This document shows positions 27,572-36,962 of a stretch of 56,598 nt of DNA, in pieces (the first letter of the stretch is position 1; the number at the start of each line of letters is the position of its first letter). Location: the NCBI GenBank assembly GCA_964603485.1, contig CAZRVE010000001.1, forward strand, positions 42,342 through 98,939, given 5' to 3'. The position numbers were made by a program, and so were the translations under genes. The stretch is from an uncultured Candidatus Saccharibacteria bacterium. Its GTDB lineage: Bacteria; Patescibacteriota; Minisyncoccia; Phycocordibacterales; Zambryskibacteraceae. Below the pieces are notes generated by a model. The model did no database searches and was not told the origin of the DNA. It saw only the letters and a list, made by a program, of their open reading frames with translations.

Positions 27572-28666
27572 ATGATTATCATCGACTGGGTTTTCATCAT
27601 CTTACTGATTGGGTTCCTCCTGATCAGTTGGAGTTCGACTGTCGCATTTGTTCTTTTCCTCTTTCTCGTAGCGGTCTCTTTTCGATGGCTGGCGAGAATG
27701 GGTCGCTTCTTCCTTGCGGTACCGGTAAACTCCTTTGCACTTCTCACAAGAATTGCAAACAAAGATACCGATGTCACAAAGGGTGGTGGCGATGTGTTCG
27801 ATATCGCTCACTCCGTCCCAGGGAAGATCATCAACAAGGGGTCCACACCCGAAGACTTGATGTCTTGGGAATTCAAGGATGGCGCAGAAGAACGAGACAT
27901 TCTCAACTTCATCCTACTTCGATACTTAGGTATCCAGTGGATCGGAGTCTTCTCGACAGCTCGACTCAATGACGTCAAAGACTTACGTCTACGACGGAAT
28001 CCTGAAGAAGACGTGTACGGGGTGAAGGATCGAACGAAGGAAACTCCCTTTGTCTTTTTCTCAGAAAACCCCGCCGTTGTCTTGAAGGGGATCGAAACTT
28101 CCGATGGACTCGGCATCGACCTGCGCTTCACCTTCATAGCTGAACGTACTCGTCCGCTTTTCTCCGTGGTCCGAGTCGCCGACGTCTATGCGGTGGTGAC
28201 AACGAAGGTTCAGGAAGCAGTCATCACCGTTACCGGAGACTACTCGGCACATGAAATCGTCAAAGGTAAGGACAGCAGCAAGATCAAGAAGAAAATTGTC
28301 GCTGTCCTTGAAGACCCCAATTTCATCGAAGAGGTTCTCCGAGCAACAGGCCTGACTCTCTCTGAAATCGACCTCAGCGATATCAATTTCGATGAGAAAA
28401 CCCGATTAATCATCGAGACGCAGGCTGCGGCAGAAGCGGAAGCTCAGCGTCTCAGGGTTGAAGCTGCTGGTAAAAGGGATGCAAAACTCTTGGCGGTTGA
28501 AGCCGATAAGGCAGAAATCGACCAGGTCATCCTCCCTCTCGCAAACCAGCCTGGTGCAGCGGCAATTATGGCTGCAAAAGCGTATCGTGACAACACAACA
28601 GTTACCACGTACGCGCCAGGAGGAAATGCCGGCCTCCTCATCAATCCAACAGAACCGAAAAAGTAG
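27572..28666 (+). CDS. SPFH/band-7 (stomatin/HflK-like) membrane protein
   Basis: N-terminal TM helices, SPFH-like core, then Ala/Glu-rich coiled-coil ETQAAAEAEAQRLRVEAAGKRDAKLLAVEADKAE. Start at ATG 27572 with GGAGA SD. Confidence 0.65.
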   Translation: MIIIDWVFIILLIGFLLISWSSTVAFVLFLFLVAVSFRWLARMGRFFLAVPVNSFALLTRIANKDTDVTKGGGDVFDIAHSVPGKIINKGSTPEDLMSWEFKDGAEERDILNFILLRYLGIQWIGVFSTARLNDVKDLRLRRNPEEDVYGVKDRTKETPFVFFSENPAVVLKGIETSDGLGIDLRFTFIAERTRPLFSVVRVADVYAVVTTKVQEAVITVTGDYSAHEIVKGKDSSKIKKKIVAVLEDPNFIEEVLRATGLTLSEIDLSDINFDEKTRLIIETQAAAEAEAQRLRVEAAGKRDAKLLAVEADKAEIDQVILPLANQPGAAAIMAAKAYRDNTTVTTYAPGGNAGLLINPTEPKK

Positions 28667-28796
28667 TGATGTTCCTCATAAGTCGACCCTCACAGGGGTC
28701 GACTTTTTCTTATAAGAGATATTGACAAAGCATTATAAAAAATGGTATAATACTATTAGAGATCTTTGACTGACTTACCTACTACAGGAGACTTCA

Positions 28797-30203
28797 GTGT
28801 CAACCACTCATCTTTGGCCGAAGGGGCTCAAGCGAACCCCACGGACAATCGTTGGGGCAACAGTCATCGTTGTTGCGATGATTGCATTCTTCAGACTCCT
28901 GTCCGGTGTCCCGAATGTATTCCGAAGCAATGGACAGAGTAGGGCGCAGGCTTGCCTCACGGCAGACCTCGCTGAAGCAGCCGGCACGCAAGACACCATC
29001 GCACAGACGCTTTGTGATTCTCCAGGTATTCCCTGGGGAACAATTGGGCTCGTTCTACTTGCGATCATCGCACTCTCCTCCCTCGTCTTCTTCATCCGCC
29101 GCAGAATCGGTAAAGAAAAGGCTGGTGAAGGAAAAACTGCTGAAGGAAAGATTGTGAGATGGATATCTTCCATTGTAACACTCGGGGGGGTTCTCAAGAT
29201 TACGATCCTCTACGGACTCCTCAACCTCTTGGCATTCATCCTGTGGCCCGATAAGTACGGGACATGGATGTATCAAATGTGGTTCTGGCAGATGCAAGGA
29301 GGTATTGTAATCGTTGCAATCCTTCTTGCGCTGATGTCAGATACGAAGACAAAGGTCATTGGATCTATTGGTGCGCTCATCTTAGGCATCTGGATCGTCT
29401 CAGTGGGATGGAAATGGGGGTCAGAAGAGTTCAAGAAGAGAACTTCTGGCACCACGACCACAGCTACACCAACCCCAACAACCGGAACTCCATCTGGAGC
29501 ATCTGCAAGTTGGGATTGGGCATCCATCAACGGCCCCGAAAAGGACACCGTGATGGCCGCCTTCCCAGGCGACACCGTCATGTGGAAGATTGCTGCAGCC
29601 GAGAGTGACTACACCCAGTTCAGGGTGGATAGCAACGGCGACAGTTCAATCGTCCAGAACAAGGATGGCTTCGATGCATACGGTATCTTCCAGATCAGAA
29701 AATCGGTCTGGGACAACTGGTGCAAAGAACGAGGCTTCGACATCATGAAGACTCATGGCAACATTGGGTGTGCCAAAGCAATCAAGGCTAAGTATCCGAA
29801 AGGAAACCCTTGGCTCGCAAGCGCGCATCTGTGGCGCGACAGCACTACCGTCGACCCATGCGCTCAGTATGCGCGATACGGTGGAGTAAGCATGCTCGAC
29901 TTTGTCCGTAAGGACACCGTCATCACAACGGGAGATGTCGATTTCACCCGAAGGATCATGACGGAAAATATGGTTGTCGATTGGGTTTCGGTAAACTTCC
30001 GCACGGACTACGTGGTACGGTACGGATACCTTGACCCAATTACCAATCAGATTGTCGTGGCAGAAGACACGATCGAAAAGGAGAAGTGCCCTGAAGACAA
30101 CCGTCTTCCGCGCTACCCTCTCTGGGTCGAGTTCAAATCCTTGGACGCTGATCCGATCATGATCGAGATCACGTTCTCAAAGGACAAGCGTACTCGGCAG
30201 TAG
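28797..30203 (+). CDS. Polytopic membrane protein (about 6 TM) with Thr/Pro linker and C-terminal lysozyme-like domain showing C-type (GH22-like) lysozyme signatures
   Basis: C-terminal region AAESDYTQFRV...DAYGIFQIRKSVWDNWC...GCAKAIKAKYPKGNPWLASAHLW parallels hen lysozyme FESNFNTQA...DYGILQINSRWWC...[23 protein letters not shown] (catalytic Glu and Asp positions conserved). Could alternatively be an SLT/GH23-like domain. Confidence 0.6.
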   Translation: MSTTHLWPKGLKRTPRTIVGATVIVVAMIAFFRLLSGVPNVFRSNGQSRAQACLTADLAEAAGTQDTIAQTLCDSPGIPWGTIGLVLLAIIALSSLVFFIRRRIGKEKAGEGKTAEGKIVRWISSIVTLGGVLKITILYGLLNLLAFILWPDKYGTWMYQMWFWQMQGGIVIVAILLALMSDTKTKVIGSIGALILGIWIVSVGWKWGSEEFKKRTSGTTTTATPTPTTGTPSGASASWDWASINGPEKDTVMAAFPGDTVMWKIAAAESDYTQFRVDSNGDSSIVQNKDGFDAYGIFQIRKSVWDNWCKERGFDIMKTHGNIGCAKAIKAKYPKGNPWLASAHLWRDSTTVDPCAQYARYGGVSMLDFVRKDTVITTGDVDFTRRIMTENMVVDWVSVNFRTDYVVRYGYLDPITNQIVVAEDTIEKEKCPEDNRLPRYPLWVEFKSLDADPIMIEITFSKDKRTRQ

Positions 30204-30250
30204 GAATTCACATGGGCGCCCGCAAAAGCGAGGCGCCCTTTTCATATACA

Positions 30251-30281
30251 AAAATCCCCCGACATGTGTCGGGGGATTTTT
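30251..30281. terminator. Bidirectional intrinsic terminator, family 3 (CCCCCGACATGTGTCGGGGG with A/T runs) between convergent genes
   Basis: aaaaatcccccgacatgtgtcgggggattttt. Near-identical element at 47902-47929. Degenerate at 38772-38810. Confidence 0.7.
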
Positions 30282-30287
30282 AAGAGA

Positions 30288-30557
30288 TTAGTTTAGCGGG
30301 TAGATATTAGTGTTAAGTCCAACTGAACTCAAAATAAGACGAATGAGTCCAAATGCCGTCACCATAATAAACATACCTACCAAACCCCATACCATCGCTT
30401 TCTTTCCTTCGGCCCGTGCCTTCTCGTCGGAAGCTCTTACAATAAATTGAAGACCACCGTAAAGAAAAACTAAGAGTGCAACAGAAAACAAAAGAATCAG
30501 AGCCGGATTCAAGATCACATCATTGATCTTGTTTAGAAATGGGACAATGGCTGGCAT
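30288..30557 (-). CDS. Small two-TM protein, paralog 1 of VirB2/TrbC-like family (no cleavable signal peptide)
   Basis: 89 aa. TM1 - ASDEKARAEGKK - TM2, same core motif as paralogs 2-6. Confidence 0.55.
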   Translation of the reverse strand: MPAIVPFLNKINDVILNPALILLFSVALLVFLYGGLQFIVRASDEKARAEGKKAMVWGLVGMFIMVTAFGLIRLILSSVGLNTNIYPLN

Positions 30558-30566
30558 ACAAACACA

Positions 30567-30923
30567 CTACTGAATTCGAGGAGTGTTGATTGTTCCACCA
30601 GTTGTATCAACTCCAAAGATTTCACCAATAAACTGGATAAGTCCCCATACTGCTGCCATCACGAAGAGTGCGACAACGCCCCAAATCATGATTCGCTTTC
30701 CTTCATCCTTTGCTGACTCATCACCTGCTGCAAGGATAAACTTTGCCAATCCCCAGAAAAAGAAGAGAAGGGCGAGCGCAGTAACAACTGGGATAAGAAG
30801 ATCCACAATGTTCTGTATATCTGTTACAGCCTGATTAAAATTACCAAGCTGGACACCCTGTCCTTGCGCAAAAGCTAAAACTGGAAGAGCGTAAAGCGCG
30901 ATTGTTCCTAATACTTTCTTCAT
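30567..30923 (-). CDS. Secreted two-TM small protein, VirB2/TrbC-like paralog 2
   Basis: Signal peptide ...LAFA|QGQ. Motif FFFWGLAKFILAAGDESAKDEGKRIMIWGV. Confidence 0.6.
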   Translation of the reverse strand: MKKVLGTIALYALPVLAFAQGQGVQLGNFNQAVTDIQNIVDLLIPVVTALALLFFFWGLAKFILAAGDESAKDEGKRIMIWGVVALFVMAAVWGLIQFIGEIFGVDTTGGTINTPRIQ

Positions 30924-31029
30924 TGTAATAACGTTATTCTATCAACTACTTATAAACTAAGACCATTTTGTAAGATACGCCTTTTATCGTACCAGAAAAA
31001 ACCAAGTTTTGGAATACTCTGGGGATAAA

Positions 31030-31371
31030 TTATGGATTTGGATTAAGAGGCAACCACTGTACAGGACTGCCTCCAAAACTTGCATCTTGTAGAAAAGAAA
31101 TTATTCCAACAAGAGAAGCCATTACAAAAAGCGCGATGACACTCCAGAACATAAATCTCCTCCCTTCAGCGATTGCTTTTTCATCACCCGCCGCACGAAT
31201 AAACTTTGCAATGCCCCAGAAAAATAAGAGAAGAGCAATTGAAGCAGTTAGGATAATAAGATCTGCCGCGATCCCTCCGAGCGCATAACTCCCAAAGAGT
31301 TGTTGAATACTTGCAATCTGTGCGTGAGCAAAAAAAGGAACGAAAAAGAATAGAGAAAGAATAATTTTCAT
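31030..31371 (-). CDS. Secreted two-TM small protein, VirB2/TrbC-like paralog 3
   Basis: Signal peptide ...FAHA|QIA. Motif LFFWGIAKFIRAAGDEKAIAEGRRFMFW. ATGA overlap with paralog 4. Confidence 0.6.
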   Translation of the reverse strand: MKIILSLFFFVPFFAHAQIASIQQLFGSYALGGIAADLIILTASIALLLFFWGIAKFIRAAGDEKAIAEGRRFMFWSVIALFVMASLVGIISFLQDASFGGSPVQWLPLNPNP

Positions 31372-31763
31372 GGTGTTGAAGTAGGAAGAAGTGGTAAACC
31401 AATTGGCCCTGGACCAAATAGTGAGTTAGAGAAAAATTGCAGAAATCCCCATATAGAAAACATTACGAAAAGAATGATAACTCCCCAAAAAAGAAACTTT
31501 TTTCCGTCTTGAACTTTCTTTTCGTCTCCTGCGGAATTAATAAACTTTGCAATACCCCAAAAGAAGACGAGAACCGCAACCGTACTCACAAAAGGAAGAA
31601 GGATGCCTATAAAGTTGGTCGCATGACATACAAAATCTTTAAAATCTGAGGGAGGCGCAGTCGGAGCGTTTAAATTACCAGGAATACACGCCGCATATGT
31701 AGTGATAGGTAAAAATGATGCAACAATGATCAGAAGTGTGAAAATGAATACAGAATATTTCAT
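31368..31763 (-). CDS. Secreted two-TM small protein, VirB2/TrbC-like paralog 4
   Basis: Start taken at MKYSVF (ATG 31763), not the 41-codon upstream extension in the ORF track. Motif VFFWGIAKFINSAGDEKKVQDGKKFLFWGV. Confidence 0.6.
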   Translation of the reverse strand: MKYSVFIFTLLIIVASFLPITTYAACIPGNLNAPTAPPSDFKDFVCHATNFIGILLPFVSTVAVLVFFWGIAKFINSAGDEKKVQDGKKFLFWGVIILFVMFSIWGFLQFFSNSLFGPGPIGLPLLPTSTP

Positions 31764-31764
31764 A

Positions 31765-32148
31765 TTAAGTAATCTGCTGAATAGTGCTCTCAATTGCAAG
31801 AGAAATCGCCCATGCACCGAGAAGAATCGCTGTACCAATTGCTGCATAAAGAAATGCCTTCTTAGCAGTTGCAAGCTTTGTTTCATTACCCCTTGAAGTC
31901 ACAAAGAGAAATCCAGAGTAAATAATAAAGATTACTGCAATCACTCCGCCCACTGGCAAAATTACATCTGTAATTACTAGATTAATAAATGCGTAGAGAG
32001 AGTTCGTTCCATTCTTGAGAGGGTTCGGAATATTTATTGGATAATTTATTGGTGGAGGTGGTGTTCCACCTCCAGCTTGAGCGAATGCGATCTGAGCGCG
32101 GACGAGAAGGAAGGTAATTGCGGTAAGTAAGTAGTTAAGATATCTCAT
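31765..32148 (-). CDS. Secreted two-TM small protein, VirB2/TrbC-like paralog 5 (divergent)
   Basis: Signal peptide ...IAFA|QAGGG, Pro-rich N-terminus, hydrophobic helix, SRGNETKLATAKK loop, second helix. Confidence 0.5.
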   Translation of the reverse strand: MRYLNYLLTAITFLLVRAQIAFAQAGGGTPPPPINYPINIPNPLKNGTNSLYAFINLVITDVILPVGGVIAVIFIIYSGFLFVTSRGNETKLATAKKAFLYAAIGTAILLGAWAISLAIESTIQQIT

Positions 32149-32169
32149 AGTATTTATTTTATCACGAGA

Positions 32170-32589
32170 TTATGGCCTTAAAATAAAGAGCCCCGGTTGA
32201 TTTGGATCAAGAAGCGCCACAATCACAGTATTTACAATTACCCATCCCGCAATTACAAAAATCAATCCGATGACTATCTTTGTAAGCATGCTTTTCGCCT
32301 GCTTTACCTTACCTTCATCACCCCCTGAAGACAGCATCAAAAATCCGGCATAGGCAATCCCTATCGCTGCAAGAGCAGTTGAAAGCACGATAAGAAAATT
32401 AATGATATTAACTCCAAGTCGAATAAGATCATCAAAATGGCAATCGTTTGTCGAACCAGTCCCTGGTGCTGGTGCCGGATCACACACAATAAGATAGCCA
32501 GGGGTCTGTGGTGTACTTGCCTGAGCAAATAAAGAAAGTGGTACCGTAAGCGCTACAAGGACGAGAGTGAATATAGTGATAAATCTCAT
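32170..32589 (-). CDS. Secreted two-TM small protein, VirB2/TrbC-like paralog 6
   Basis: Signal peptide ...SLFA|QAS. Motif AYAGFLMLSSGGDEGKVKQAKSMLTKIVIGL. Confidence 0.55.
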   Translation of the reverse strand: MRFITIFTLVLVALTVPLSLFAQASTPQTPGYLIVCDPAPAPGTGSTNDCHFDDLIRLGVNIINFLIVLSTALAAIGIAYAGFLMLSSGGDEGKVKQAKSMLTKIVIGLIFVIAGWVIVNTVIVALLDPNQPGLFILRP

Positions 32590-32593
32590 AGTA

Positions 32594-33895
32594 TTACTTT
32601 ACTGTAGGAAGAAGTTTTGTAATTTCATCTTGCGCTCGAGAAACAGCTTGTTCAGTGCGCACGCGACCTCCAGTGATTGACTCAATCATCTCCTTAAAGA
32701 TTGGCGCAGTCTTATCACGATCAGGGTCGAGCCACCCCTTAGACCAAATCGCACTTTGGAAAAAGAGGGACTGAAACGCGTCACTTCCTGGGGTTGCAAG
32801 CAAATCACGGCGTACAGGAGGAAGGCCTGTCGCGCCTGAAAATTCTTTTACCGCTTGCGTAGAAGATATTGCTGAAATGAGCTTGAAAGAAGTATTGAGA
32901 TTTTTCGTATTACGAGTCACTGCAAAGCCGGCAATCTCACCGAAAGTGATTACCTTATCGGCGGTTCGAGACTGTGGCATAGGAGCAACATCAAAGTTTA
33001 GGTTTGGATTCTTGAGACGCAAAGCCTTTGCTTCTGATGCAAAGCCAAAATACACCGCTAAGTCACCCGACAAAAACATTGTTTGAGATGCAGGAAGAGA
33101 GCGATTCCACGAGTAATGAGCCTTAGTTGGATTAGAAAATTCGGTGTAAAAATTAATTGCGGAATGCGCAGGATTTACATCGTATCCATAATTATCAGTA
33201 AGAGTAGCGAGATAGCCATCCCTTGTACGTTTTACAATATCCTTATTCCCTGCCTGAAAAATAAGAGTGGAAAGAATTTCTTTTGCATTAGTAATATTTT
33301 CATATTCACCAAGTGCAATAGTTGCTCGAGTAATGTTTAGGGAACCATCCTTTCGAGTAAGATCTTTTGAAAGAGTGTAAAACTCATCCCAATATTTCGG
33401 AGGTTGAGAAAGCGATGCTCCAGAGAAGATATCTCTATTCCAATACATCACCATTGGGTCAATCAAGAACGGAAGTGCGATAATTCCATTTGGTTCCAAG
33501 AATATCTCCCCTTCTTCGATAAAAGTATCTTTGAAAAGACGCTCAGAATAACTTTCAAAAGGAATAAGGAGTAGTTTATTTCGATGTCTCACAATTGCAT
33601 CCTGGGCAAGAATTACCACGTCAGGACCTACACCTGCAGCAAGGGCCTCTACAAAGTCGGCATCAAAATCTTCTTCTTTCTTATATATATATGAAATTCC
33701 TACAGTCTTATCCTTCGCAATAGGAAGATCTCCAATTTCTGCATTAAATACTGATTCAGGAAGAGAGCCCCACACAAGGATGGTCGTCTTCCCCTCTCCT
33801 CCACGACCCGCAATTGCAAAAGCGAACACGCCAGCCAATATGAAAAAGGCAAAAACGCCGGTAAGAATCAACTGAAATTTACTCATATTACTCAT
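32594..33895 (-). CDS. Membrane-anchored extracellular solute-binding protein (ABC-type, family-1/sugar-binding-like)
   Basis: 433 aa. N-terminal TM anchor then periplasmic-binding-protein-like fold pattern. 4 nt upstream of paralog 6. Confidence 0.6.
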   Translation of the reverse strand: MSNMSKFQLILTGVFAFFILAGVFAFAIAGRGGEGKTTILVWGSLPESVFNAEIGDLPIAKDKTVGISYIYKKEEDFDADFVEALAAGVGPDVVILAQDAIVRHRNKLLLIPFESYSERLFKDTFIEEGEIFLEPNGIIALPFLIDPMVMYWNRDIFSGASLSQPPKYWDEFYTLSKDLTRKDGSLNITRATIALGEYENITNAKEILSTLIFQAGNKDIVKRTRDGYLATLTDNYGYDVNPAHSAINFYTEFSNPTKAHYSWNRSLPASQTMFLSGDLAVYFGFASEAKALRLKNPNLNFDVAPMPQSRTADKVITFGEIAGFAVTRNTKNLNTSFKLISAISSTQAVKEFSGATGLPPVRRDLLATPGSDAFQSLFFQSAIWSKGWLDPDRDKTAPIFKEMIESITGGRVRTEQAVSRAQDEITKLLPTVK

Positions 33896-34419
33896 ACCTT
33901 TTTTCCTAGTATACCGTAGTGATGTGCTCCCGCATCAATCTCCTTTAAAACTTGAAAACCAGATTCTTGCGCTAACGATTCTGCATTGGCTTTTGGAAAC
34001 AAGGCATCACCCTGAGGCCCCATACCTCCAAAAGAATCGGCCCAATCAACAATAAGCAGCATTCCTCCCTTAGGAAGAATACGCGCTGCCTCTTTTATGA
34101 CAGGTGCCTTATCTTTAATTTGAAAAAGAATATTTGAAATTACTACCGCATCAATACTTCCGTCTTTCAAGTGAGTACCATGAGGCTTTTCCAGGTCACC
34201 ATGAATTACTTCAATATTCATGAGACCTTCGCCTCGAGCTTCATTTTTTAATTTAGCGAGAAGATCTTTTTGGATATCAATTGCATACACACGACCTGCA
34301 TCTCCCACCGCCCTTGCAAGTGCTTTTGCGTGATGTCCAGAACCTGATCCAAAGTCAGCAACAGAGGCACCCAGAGGGAGCGCCATTTGAGAAATATTTT
34401 TCTGAGGATCAGAGAACAT
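33892..34419 (-). CDS. Class I SAM-dependent methyltransferase
   Basis: Motif I VADFGSGSG, motif post-I AIDI. 4-nt overlap with SBP start. Confidence 0.75.
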   Translation of the reverse strand: MFSDPQKNISQMALPLGASVADFGSGSGHHAKALARAVGDAGRVYAIDIQKDLLAKLKNEARGEGLMNIEVIHGDLEKPHGTHLKDGSIDAVVISNILFQIKDKAPVIKEAARILPKGGMLLIVDWADSFGGMGPQGDALFPKANAESLAQESGFQVLKEIDAGAHHYGILGKKV

Positions 34420-34471
34420 ACTCGAAGTATGAAGCTAATAGTACCACACAATATTTCTATATTTCTAAAGG

Positions 34472-36943
34472 TTACAGGCAGATAACCGAAGCAAGTCCAT
34501 CACCATCGCGCAATTTCATAATACGCACACCCTGAGTCTGTCGTCCTAGCTCTGGAATTTCTTCAATTGAGGTACGAATGACTTGCCCCTTCTTAGACAT
34601 TGCGACAATTTCTTCTTCAAGTGGAGTGACCACGCCCGCTGCCATGAGTTGTCCGGTTTTTGGAGTAACGCTTGCGGTCTTTATACCACTTCCACCACGG
34701 TTTTGAATTTTATATTCTTCGATATCTGTCTTTTTGCCGTATCCATTTTGGGAAACCACGAGGAGCATAGGCTTTTCAGCACCCTTTGAGACAACGTGCG
34801 CTCCGATGATACTGTCACCCTTTGGAAGCTTCATTACTCGTACTCCGCCTGCGCTTCTTCCCATTTCTCGAACATCGCTTTCTTTAAAGCGTATTGATTG
34901 CCCTTTCGCAGATACCAAGATAATACTGTCACCCTTCTCAACAAGAGAAGCCGAGACAAGGAGATCGTCATCATCAAGACGAATTGCGATGATTCCGCTT
35001 GCACGCACATCAGCAAAGTTTTTGGCAGCCACTCTCTTTCCTACACCCTTTTTTGTTACAAGATTCAAAGAAAGTCCTTCTTTACCTTTTACATCTTTTG
35101 GCACGGGAAGGATTGAGGTGATTTTTTCTTCACTTCCGAGCGCAATAAAGTTCATTACCGACTTTCCTCGAGTAGCACGCTTACCCTCAGGGATGTCATA
35201 CATTTTTATTTGGTACGCCTTTCCTTTATCGGTAAAGAAAAGAAGGTCGCTATGAGTTGAGGCCGTCAAGAATTGTGTTACAAAATCTTCTTCCTTCGTA
35301 TCCAAATCAATTACACCTATTCCGCCTCGTTTTTGCTTTTTATATTCATCAGGATTCGTCCTCTTAATGTAGCCACCTTGAGTGAGCACGAGAGTATTTT
35401 CCTCATCGGCAATAAGATCTTCTACAGAGAAAACCTTGGCTCCTCCTTTTACAATTTTTGTCCGACGACTATCTCCATATTTCTCTTGGATATCAGCCAT
35501 CTCTTTCTTAATGATTGCCAGAACCTTCTTTACGCTCGCAAGAATACCCTTGAGCTCTTCGATGAGTGCCTGAACATCCTTAAGCTCGTCTTCAATCTTC
35601 TTACGCTCAAGGCCGGCGAGTTTCTGCAAACGCATTTCGAGAATTGCAGTTGCTTGTAGATCTGAAAACTTGAAAGCCTTCATGAGTCCCGCATGAGCTT
35701 CCTCAACTGTCTTTGAAGCACGGATGAGTTTAATAATCTCGTCGATGTGGTCGAGTGCTTTCTTGAGACCCAAGAGGATATGCTCACGTTCCTCAGCTTT
35801 TCTTAAATCAAATTCGGTACGACGTTTGATGACATCCTTTCGGTGAGCCACAAATTCCTCAAGAACATTCTTAAGTGAAAGGGTCTGAGGAATGCCATTT
35901 ACAAGTGCAACAATATTAAAATGAAATGTCTCTTCAAGTTGAGTATGCTTATAAAGAGAGTTAAGAACTTTCTGTGGCTGACTTCCGCTCTTGAGCTCAA
36001 TCACCACTCGAATATCTTTTGTAGATTCATCACGAAGCCCCTTAATGCCTTCTATTTTCTTATCACGAACCAATTCAGCAATTTTTTCAATCAAAGTTGC
36101 CTTGTTTACTCGAAATGGAATTTCAGTAATCACAATTTGAAATGCGCCTAATTTTGTTTCAGTAATTTCGGCAACTCCGCGCACCACCACACCACCTCTG
36201 CCAGTTGCGTATGCGTGGTGAATATCCTTTTCATTAAATGCAATACCGCCAGTTGGAAAGTCTGGTCCTTTTACAAAATCGAGAAGGTCTTCTGTGGTCG
36301 CCTCTGGGTTATCTACCAAAAAAGAGACCGCGTCACACACCTCATTCAAATTGTGAGGTGGAATGTTTGTTGCCATTCCCACTGCAATACCAAGAGTTCC
36401 GTTTAATAGAAGGTTTGGAGCCCCAGCTGGAAGCACTGTCGGCTCTTGCTTCGTTCCGTCATAGTTTGGGCGGAAAAGCACCGTCTCCTTCTCAATATCA
36501 CGAAGAAGTTCACTTGAGAGCTTACTCATTTTTGCCTCTGTGTATCGGTAGGCCGCAGCGTTATCTCCATCGATTGAACCAAAGTTTCCTTGACCCAATA
36601 CCAGTGGATAGCGAGTTGAGAAGTCCTGTGCGAGTTTTACCATTGCATCATAAACTGAGGCATCTCCGTGCGGGTGATAGCTTCCCAACACATCTCCAAC
36701 TACCGTAGCTGATTTACGAAACTTTGCAGAAGCTGAAAGCCCCATTGCATTCATCGCAAATAAAATTCTGCGATGCACCGGCTTTAAACCGTCGCGCACG
36801 TCAGGAAGTGCCCGGTCAGTAATCACGGACATTGCATAGTCAATGAACGACTCCTTCATTTCGGAGACGATTGAGCGCTCTACAACAGAGACTCTATTGC
36901 CTGAGATCTTTTCAGGACTCTCTTTTTTTTCTTCTTTTGCCAT
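34472..36943 (-). CDS. gyrA: DNA gyrase subunit A
   Basis: 823 aa. Active-site Tyr region, [11 protein letters not shown], GyrA-box-like C-terminal beta-pinwheel repeats. Confidence 0.9.
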   Translation of the reverse strand: MAKEEKKESPEKISGNRVSVVERSIVSEMKESFIDYAMSVITDRALPDVRDGLKPVHRRILFAMNAMGLSASAKFRKSATVVGDVLGSYHPHGDASVYDAMVKLAQDFSTRYPLVLGQGNFGSIDGDNAAAYRYTEAKMSKLSSELLRDIEKETVLFRPNYDGTKQEPTVLPAGAPNLLLNGTLGIAVGMATNIPPHNLNEVCDAVSFLVDNPEATTEDLLDFVKGPDFPTGGIAFNEKDIHHAYATGRGGVVVRGVAEITETKLGAFQIVITEIPFRVNKATLIEKIAELVRDKKIEGIKGLRDESTKDIRVVIELKSGSQPQKVLNSLYKHTQLEETFHFNIVALVNGIPQTLSLKNVLEEFVAHRKDVIKRRTEFDLRKAEEREHILLGLKKALDHIDEIIKLIRASKTVEEAHAGLMKAFKFSDLQATAILEMRLQKLAGLERKKIEDELKDVQALIEELKGILASVKKVLAIIKKEMADIQEKYGDSRRTKIVKGGAKVFSVEDLIADEENTLVLTQGGYIKRTNPDEYKKQKRGGIGVIDLDTKEEDFVTQFLTASTHSDLLFFTDKGKAYQIKMYDIPEGKRATRGKSVMNFIALGSEEKITSILPVPKDVKGKEGLSLNLVTKKGVGKRVAAKNFADVRASGIIAIRLDDDDLLVSASLVEKGDSIILVSAKGQSIRFKESDVREMGRSAGGVRVMKLPKGDSIIGAHVVSKGAEKPMLLVVSQNGYGKKTDIEEYKIQNRGGSGIKTASVTPKTGQLMAAGVVTPLEEEIVAMSKKGQVIRTSIEEIPELGRQTQGVRIMKLRDGDGLASVICL

Positions 36944-36962
36944 TATCGGTAAATTTTAGACA

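Noticed and set aside
31764-31886. 41-codon N-terminal extension of pilin-like paralog 4 in the ORF track
   Set aside because: Would overlap paralog 5 and destroy the signal peptide. ATG at 31763 (MKYSVF...) gives the same signal-peptide architecture as the other paralogs.
34734-35255. 173-aa plus-strand ORF inside gyrA
   Set aside because: Antisense shadow of gyrA. No motifs.
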